This document shows positions 56,964-64,000 of a stretch of DNA of 64,000 nucleotides, one piece after another. This DNA is from Eledone cirrhosa. Taxonomy: Eukaryota. The stretch is from NCBI GenBank assembly GCA_964016885.1, contig OZ024756.1, positions 28,148,001 through 28,212,000 on the forward strand, given 5' to 3'. The notes beneath the pieces were generated by a model. The model was given only the letters and a program-made list of their open reading frames with translations, was not told the origin of the DNA and searched no databases. The position numbers and the translations under genes are program-made. The number at the start of each line of letters is the position of its first letter. Positions within the stretch are counted from its first letter, which is position 1.

Positions 56964-58436
56964 ACAGGCCTCCCATTAAACCAAAACGGAATGTTAAAAA
57001 AAAGAAGTACCAAAGAAAAAAAGCAGTATGATGCATTTAAATATGAATAAAATTTATCAGGGTTGAGAATAACAAGTGGCATATTATAATAATAATTGTT
57101 TCTACTTTAGGCACAAGGCCAGCAATTACCAGTACATTACTGGTACTTTATTTTATCGACCCCGTAAGGATGAAAGGCAAAGTCAACCTCGGCGGGATTT
57201 GAACTCAGATCGTAAAGGGACATAACTATGCTGGAAAGCATGGCGTCCGACCCTCTACCGATACTGCCAATCCACCGCCATCCAGTGGCATATTATAATA
57301 ATAATTGTTTCTACTTTAGGCACAAGGCCAGCAATTACCAGTACATTACTGGTACTTTATTTTATCGAGCCGGTAAGGATGAAAGGCAAAGTTAACCTCG
57401 GCGAGATTTGAACTCAGATTGTAAAGGGACGTAACTATGCTAGAAAGCATGGCGTCAGCCCCTCTACCGATACTGCCAAATGAAAATATTGTGTACAGTG
57501 CTCAGACGTACTACCACATATATTGTACTAGGCGTAATTTAACCATATAGCATGAATTATATATGTATGTTTTTATGTGTGTGAATGTTCTGTCATAAAT
57601 TAAATGGTTAGTCTCCTCTCTGCTAAACAATTCACCACATTTTCATTTTCATTCCCACCAATTCCAGAGTAAACAAGTTTGATACAACAAAGTTAGTTTC
57701 GCAACCACATTGTTTTATGTTTAAACCCACTACAGGCCTCCCATTAAACCAAAACGGAATGTTAAAAAAAAGAAGTACCAAAGAAAAAAAGCAGTATGAT
57801 GCATTTAAATATGAATAAAATTTATCAGGGTTGAGAATAACAAGTGGCATATTATAATAATAATTGTTTCTACTTTAGGCACAAGGCCAGCAATTACCAG
57901 TACATTACTGGTACTTTATTTTATCGACCCCGTAAGGATGAAAGGCAAAGTCAACCTCGGCGGGATTTGAACTCAGATCGTAAAGGGACATAACTATGCT
58001 GGAAAGCATGGCGTCCGACCCTCTACCGATACTGCCAATCCACCGCCATCCAGTGGCATATTATAATAATAATTGTTTCTACTTTAGGCACAAGGCCAGC
58101 AATTACCAGTACATTACTGGTACTTTATTTTATCGACCCCGTAAGGATGAAAGGCAAAGTCAACCTCGGCGGGATTTGAACTCAGATCGTAAAGGGACAT
58201 AACTATGCTGGAAAGCATGGCGTCCGACCCTCTACCGATACTGCCAATCCACCGCCATCCAGTGGCATATTATAATAATAATTGTTTCTACTTTAGGCAC
58301 AAGGCCAGCAATTACCAGTACATTACTGGTACTTCATTTTATCGAGCCGGTAAGGATGAAAGGCAAAGTTAACCTCGGCGAGATTTGAACTCAGATTGTA
58401 AAGGGACGTAACTATGCTAGAAAGCATGGCGTCAGG
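56964..58436 (-). repeat. Local duplication with tandem ~208-bp SINE units (2 + 3 copies)
   Basis: The unique flank acaggcctcccattaaacc... repeats at 56964 and 57732, followed by identical SINE units separated by agtggcatattataataat. Confidence 0.88.
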
Positions 58437-59666
58437 TCACTCTCGAATGCTACTGGTAACATGTAACCCAGTACAACCTGTTGCATGGTCGGATCTTGGC
58501 AATCTCACCACTTGGTGTGGAGGGTGATTTTGGACACCCTGCAGGACAAAAATAACAAACAAAAAAACCTGACAAAGGGCGGAAGAAGTCATAAGAGTCA
58601 ACGACTATCCAAAATTGTGTAAATATGTATATACCTATATGCATGTGTATATATGTATATATGTATATGCAAGTATACATATGTATTTATATACGCGGGG
58701 AATTAGAAATAATTGGGCTGGATACCCGATCGCGCGGTTAAACCACTGGGAGTGAAGGACCCCTAGCCTTTGTCAGGGCATTCTTCTAGGAGAAGGCAAC
58801 TCAGGAAACTGGGATATAAAACCTGCGGCTCAGTTGTTACCGATGATGTTGATCTTTTCTTCTTTTCGGGTTATAGCTACTGTCGCTGAGAGAGTGGGAT
58901 TGGCTCAGTGCACAGTCTTTCCTCACTTTAAAAAAATCTTCACGCACAGGCATTGCACGATAGCATTAATTGATAATTATTAATAATGTTATATCGCGCA
59001 ATGGCCATACTCGATAACGAGGAGGCAGCCATCATGTATATATATATATGCCTACCTGTATGTATGTATGTTTCTCTTTCTCTTAATTTCGAGTATATTT
59101 TGGACCAGTCACCTTCCTGGTGACAAGGTTGTAAAAGAAAAGAAATTGTCATCCCTTGAATTGCAAGAATGTTTTGCAAATTTTGAAGGTACCAGCATTC
59201 ACGGCCATTTGTAGTCTATGAATTAGGGAGCTGCACTCTTTGTCCACAAATCTAAGTTCAGTCATACTTTGGTCCAAGCGTGTTGGTATATAACCTGTAG
59301 CTCCATTAATGATGGGTATGAAGCTGAAGGTGTATCTTGGATACTGGATCTACAAGCTCCAGGAAAATGAAAAAAACCTTACCTCAACACTTAATTTTAA
59401 ATCTTTAATTTTTAGTTTTTAATCTTTATTAATTCTTTTTAATTGTAATACTCAACATTTGATAAGATGAATTTTACTAATACATCAAAACTGGTAATAC
59501 TTTTTATACTTTATAAAACTCTTTTTTAAAGAATTGTCCATCTCATTATTTCAATAATGACACTTTGATGAATCAAAGAAAAGGAAAAAAAAAAGAAGGA
59601 AAACAGACCCTTAAATATATTTATTTACCTGTCATAAATTATTTATTGTTAAATTGTTGTTGTTGT

Positions 59667-62600
59667 CTAAGGGTTATAAGCCCTTGGACTTTGCCCTGTG
59701 AAGGGGAAAGTATAATATTTGGGCCTTTTGGCCCAAATATTTGAACTTTTTACATTTTAAAATTATTGAAAAAAAAAACATGGCTGAGCCACGCCCACCA
59801 GCGATATGTCTGCTGTCGTGTGAGAACTACGTAAAAGTCGAGTGGAGGGTTACGGCGAGCACAGAAATTGATACCACAAACAACGTGAACAAAGACAGCA
59901 ATGACAACAACACTAATTTTGAGAACACTAATTTTGAAAAACATGACCACACCAGCTACCACAATAACAGCGACAACCAAAATAGAGATAAGAGAAACAA
60001 ATGCAGCAACAATATTAACACTAACATGAAAACAAATAGCGACAACACCAACAGCAACAATACAAATTGCACCGAGAACAACAACGGCAGCACCAAAGAC
60101 ACAACAAACTGCAACAGTGATAAGAGCAACAACGCCAACAATACCATTTGTAACAACAGCAATAGCAACAAGACGAGTAGCAGCAGTAGCGGCGGCAACA
60201 ATGATGTCACTGAAAAAGGGACCATCTCTTTTGCAAAGGAGGCTCGCAACGTAGAAGCAGTCCTGGTCACAGAGGAGGAGATGACAGTCGCAAGACACAT
60301 GGTAACCAGAACTGAATTTTCAGTGTCCTTGAAACCACCAACCGACTTCCTGGAGGAACAAGAGCGACGCACAATGTCACATCGCACGATTGTCACGAAA
60401 TCGCGTCGTGTGGAGAGAGCCTCGGAGGCCCAAATCCAGAAGGCCTTGGAAACTATGTGGGCACGGAAAACCCACATCACCCGAGGCAAGAAATATTCTA
60501 CCACAGACGTCCTTTTTACTACCACCCAGGAAGCAAAATAGCACTCACTGAGGACCCTACGAAGTGATGACATAACATTAGTCCCGTTTTACTGCGGGGA
60601 AAAAATTGCAAAGGTCAGGGTAACCCAGGTTCCGCCCTACGTACCCGTGCCCTGGCTGGACGTGTCTGTTCTTGCGGGCATCGGGGATAGAACAACCATT
60701 CTGCAGGTACAGAAGTTGGGGAGAGAGGACTGGTCCGGTATTGGAATGGAGATGCTCATCCAAACCGACCAGGACTGCATCAGCGCTATTCCCGACGTAA
60801 TAAACCTCGGGAATGGCTCCCAACTTCCCATATCTGTGGAAGGAAGGCGCCCAAAGTGTTTTAACTGTGGATCGAAGTCTCACCTCAGGGCCTTCTCCCC
60901 ACAGAAAATAACAAAGGCCCTCCCCTCCTTCTAACGCCGGAACCGCAGCCGTGAGAAACAGAGCAGCCAGTGAAAAAGTCGGGAGCTTCTAGAGAGTAGG
61001 AAGACAACGCTCGTGGCACCGACACCAAAGCCACGGGCAACAAAAATAGCAGCGGCAACTGGAGTAACAAAAACAGTTGCACTTGTGCCAAGAACGGCAG
61101 ACCAGGCTCACTACCACCACCACCACCAACATCAACAACAAAGACAAATGAGAGGGTAGAACTCATACTCCTCCCCGACCTCTCACAGTCGGACATGGAG
61201 TATGAGGCGGCTGAGGAGTGGAAAACGGTTGTCAACAAAAAAAAAAAAAAAACGCAAAAACACCACAGCTTCTCTCTCCAAAAGCGAAGGCAAAGAAAGA
61301 GAGGTAAATGCTGCAAGGAGACTTGCAGCAACACCACCACCACCAACAACAACAACCACACCACCACCAGCATCCAAAAACACCAATATTGCAAATACAA
61401 CAAAGTACACACCGAACAGCAGCAACAAGAAAACCGCAACAAAATCACCACCCCAAAAAAGTACATAGATGTGGTGGCTGTCGGCGAGACCAGAATCTCC
61501 GAAGCATGAGCCTTCACACCGATCTTCGGCGGCTACGATGTATACGCATCTCCCAGCCGTCCAGGATCCGGGGGAGGAGTTGCTGTGCTTTTTCGAAGAG
61601 GCTTGGATCTCGCCATACAGGCCATCTTCCTGGACCAAGGTAAGTCGGTGGTGCTGGACGTGACCGGCAGCGAAGGCAATGCTTTCAGGCTAGTAGCCGT
61701 CTACGCCTGAACAGGGGCAGGATGGCCAGATTTCTTCAGACGTCTAGAGACCTTTCTTAGAACGCCATGCTCTTTATTGTTAGTGGGCGACTGGAACGGT
61801 ATCTTAGATGTACGCTGGGATTATGTGGGGCTAGTAGATGGGAGAGGAGGATGTAAAAACCTCAACAACCTGTTCAGACGTTTTCAACTGTCTGACAGGT
61901 ATAGACTGGATTATCCGAATGTGGACATGGGCAAACCGCATTGGGTCATCCAGATCGTATTTAGATAGGGTATTCTGTAGGGAAACAGATAAGGCTAGTG
62001 TAGGTTGTCCACAATTTAAAGTAGTCAACTACATGGACCACAAATTTGTGATCTGTGAAGTTGACTTAGATAGACTCTATAGGCAAGGGCCCGGTTGGTT
62101 ACCGGAAGCTGAACGCGTCGTTCCCGGCGCACAAAGATTACAGAGACTGGATTAGCGAATTAGTTAAGCATGCGTTGACGGGTGCTATCGTCAACAACAG
62201 GTGGTGGTTTACCCTGAAAAGGGCTATTAGAATAGAATCGATAAGGTTTAGCAAAGGAGTAGTGATAGAGGAAAATAGAGTAGAAGGAGAGCTAGTTAGA
62301 AAGCTAGAAGAGGCGTTTAGGACAGGCATCGCAACCGACGTGCTTGCGGCGAGATTGGCACCCGACCAATTCTTCAACGCCAAACATGAAGGCTGCGTTG
62401 TCAGAACTAGAGCACGTGCTCTGAGACACGAGGGACGAAAGCCATTCAATGGGCCCGCGTGGTGAAGGCGCGTCGTGGCAAGAAATCCACAATTCGGTCT
62501 TTTCCTGATCAAAACGGGCGCATGTTGCTCGAACCCGAGCAGATGTATGTGGCTTTTAAACATCACTTTGCTCAATTGTTCGGGAGTGGCGGCGGGCTTG

Positions 62601-64000
62601 ATCGGAGTATGGACTTCGGTGCATACCTCAACGGACTGCCGCGGCTCTCGACGACCGCAGCACAGTGCTGCGAAAAGCCGATAACAGCAGGTGAAAAACG
62701 GGAAGCGATGTCTGACAGAACGAGGGGTAAATCGCCAGGTTTGGATGGTCTGCCCTACGAGCTTTATGCGTACCAGACTTGTTCGGCGACCTCTTGGCAG
62801 AGGTCTACTGCAACTGGCAGTAGAACGGGAGCATTCTCAGGTTTGTGAGCCGGAGAGCGGTGGCGCTTCTGAGAAAAGACCCGAACAAGGGGTCATTATA
62901 AATAACTTCAGGCCCATAACTCTGCTAAACGCAGAGTTCAAGATTTTGGCCAAGGGGTTAGCAAAGAGATTGGTGCTTGTCGTCGGTGATCTGGTGGGAG
63001 AGGCGAATACATGCACCATTCCGGACAGATCCATCCATGACAACCTCTATCTCATGCGATACATCATAGAGAGGGGGTTTAAGGAACTTGACACGGGTAG
63101 GGCCCTGATCAACTTGGATCAATCTAAAGCGTTTGATAGGGTCGACCATCGGTACCTGGCTGCGGTCCTCGAGGTGGCCGGCTTCCGGTCCGTTTTTAGG
63201 GGCTGGATCGCTGCGATGCACAGCGACATCTGCTCGATTGTGAGGGTGAATGGTCACCTGTCGCAGCCGTTCAGCATCATCCGCTCGGTCCGCCAGGGTT
63301 GTCTCCTCTTGTCCCTCTTGTACGTATTGGCCCTCGAGCCGTTACTGCACAAATTGGAGACGATGAAGGGCGTCCCTCGCGAACTGGGATGCGGGAGATC
63401 CGTGTCGGCTTACACCGACGACGTCACCGTGGTGGTGTCGAGCACCAAACACGCCCAGATGCTCGGCACCACTCTCAAGGAATACGAAGCGGTGACAGGT
63501 GCAAAGTTAAACCAGGAAAAGTCGGTGGGCCTGCAACTCGGCACCTGGAGAGGCAAGTCCGTACCGTCCGACAGCATTGTGGGCCGCTGGACAGAAGGAC
63601 CGGTTAAGTTGCTCGGGGTCTGGTTCGGTCCGGACCTCCAGATGGAGAAAAACTGGAGCGAGGTGACGAGCAGGGTGGCCTCTCTCACCCAGAAATGGGC
63701 CGAGAGGAGGCTGTCTCTGAAAGGTCGGGTGGAGGTGGCAAATGCATATATCGCATCCGTTATCTGCTACCGCCTGACCGTACGTTGCCCCCGCCCAACT
63801 CTGACCAAAATAGAGCGACTTCTCTTCCGCTTTTTGCGGAAGGGACGTGCTCCCGTGGTCAGACGATCCATCTGATGTCAACACCCGTTGCGTGGAGGAC
63901 TGGGCATGCCGTGGCTGATGGTGCGCAAACATGCGCTTAGGCTGCTTCATCTCTGGTGCTTCCTTGACGGTGAACAGGTGTGGTCGCTGTTTGCCAGACG
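59667..64000 (+). mobile_element. Degenerate L1-clade (Tx1-like) LINE: ORF1 with zinc knuckle and ORF2 APE + RT, running off the window
   Basis: ORF1 from 59780 has GRRPKCFNCGSKSHLRAF. APE motifs: DVVAVGETRI, LVGDWNGILD, SYLDRVF, DHKFV. RT motifs: FRPITLLN, LDQSKAFDRVDH, VRQGC, YTDD. Multiple stops and frameshifts. Confidence 0.92.

Overview
Eukaryotic, AT-rich, microsatellite- and retroposon-dense animal DNA. The repeat complement (tRNA-derived CORE-type and Meta-type SINEs, RTE LINE tails ending in (GAT)n, very long (TA)n/(TATG)n tracts) suggests an octopod cephalopod; this is inference, not a database result. The main feature is one intron-rich + strand gene assembled by eye from GT-AG sites with matching phases: 20188-20190, 25040-25153, 37069-37222, 38939-39126, 40019-40069, 45638-45695, 49034-50916 (2451 nt, 816 aa). 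It joins a basic N-terminal helix, a Gypsy-type integrase zinc finger (H-X6-H-X29-C-X2-C, split by an intron, with no catalytic core), a Myb/SANT-like trihelix domain and a C-terminal coiled coil. It looks like a chimeric domesticated-transposon DNA-binding factor. A probable promoter (ETS plus E-box) lies near 6.17 kb. The introns hold a 175-bp-TIR element carrying a PHD-finger LINE ORF1 fragment, a Helitron-like region with a 2A-like GCVELNPGP motif, three tandem arrays seeded from LINE coding sequence, and many inverted repeats. Penelope-type hammerhead remnants occur upstream of, within and downstream of the gene. A degenerate Tx1/L1-clade LINE fills 59.7-64 kb. Most long ORFs in the supplied track are microsatellite artefacts.
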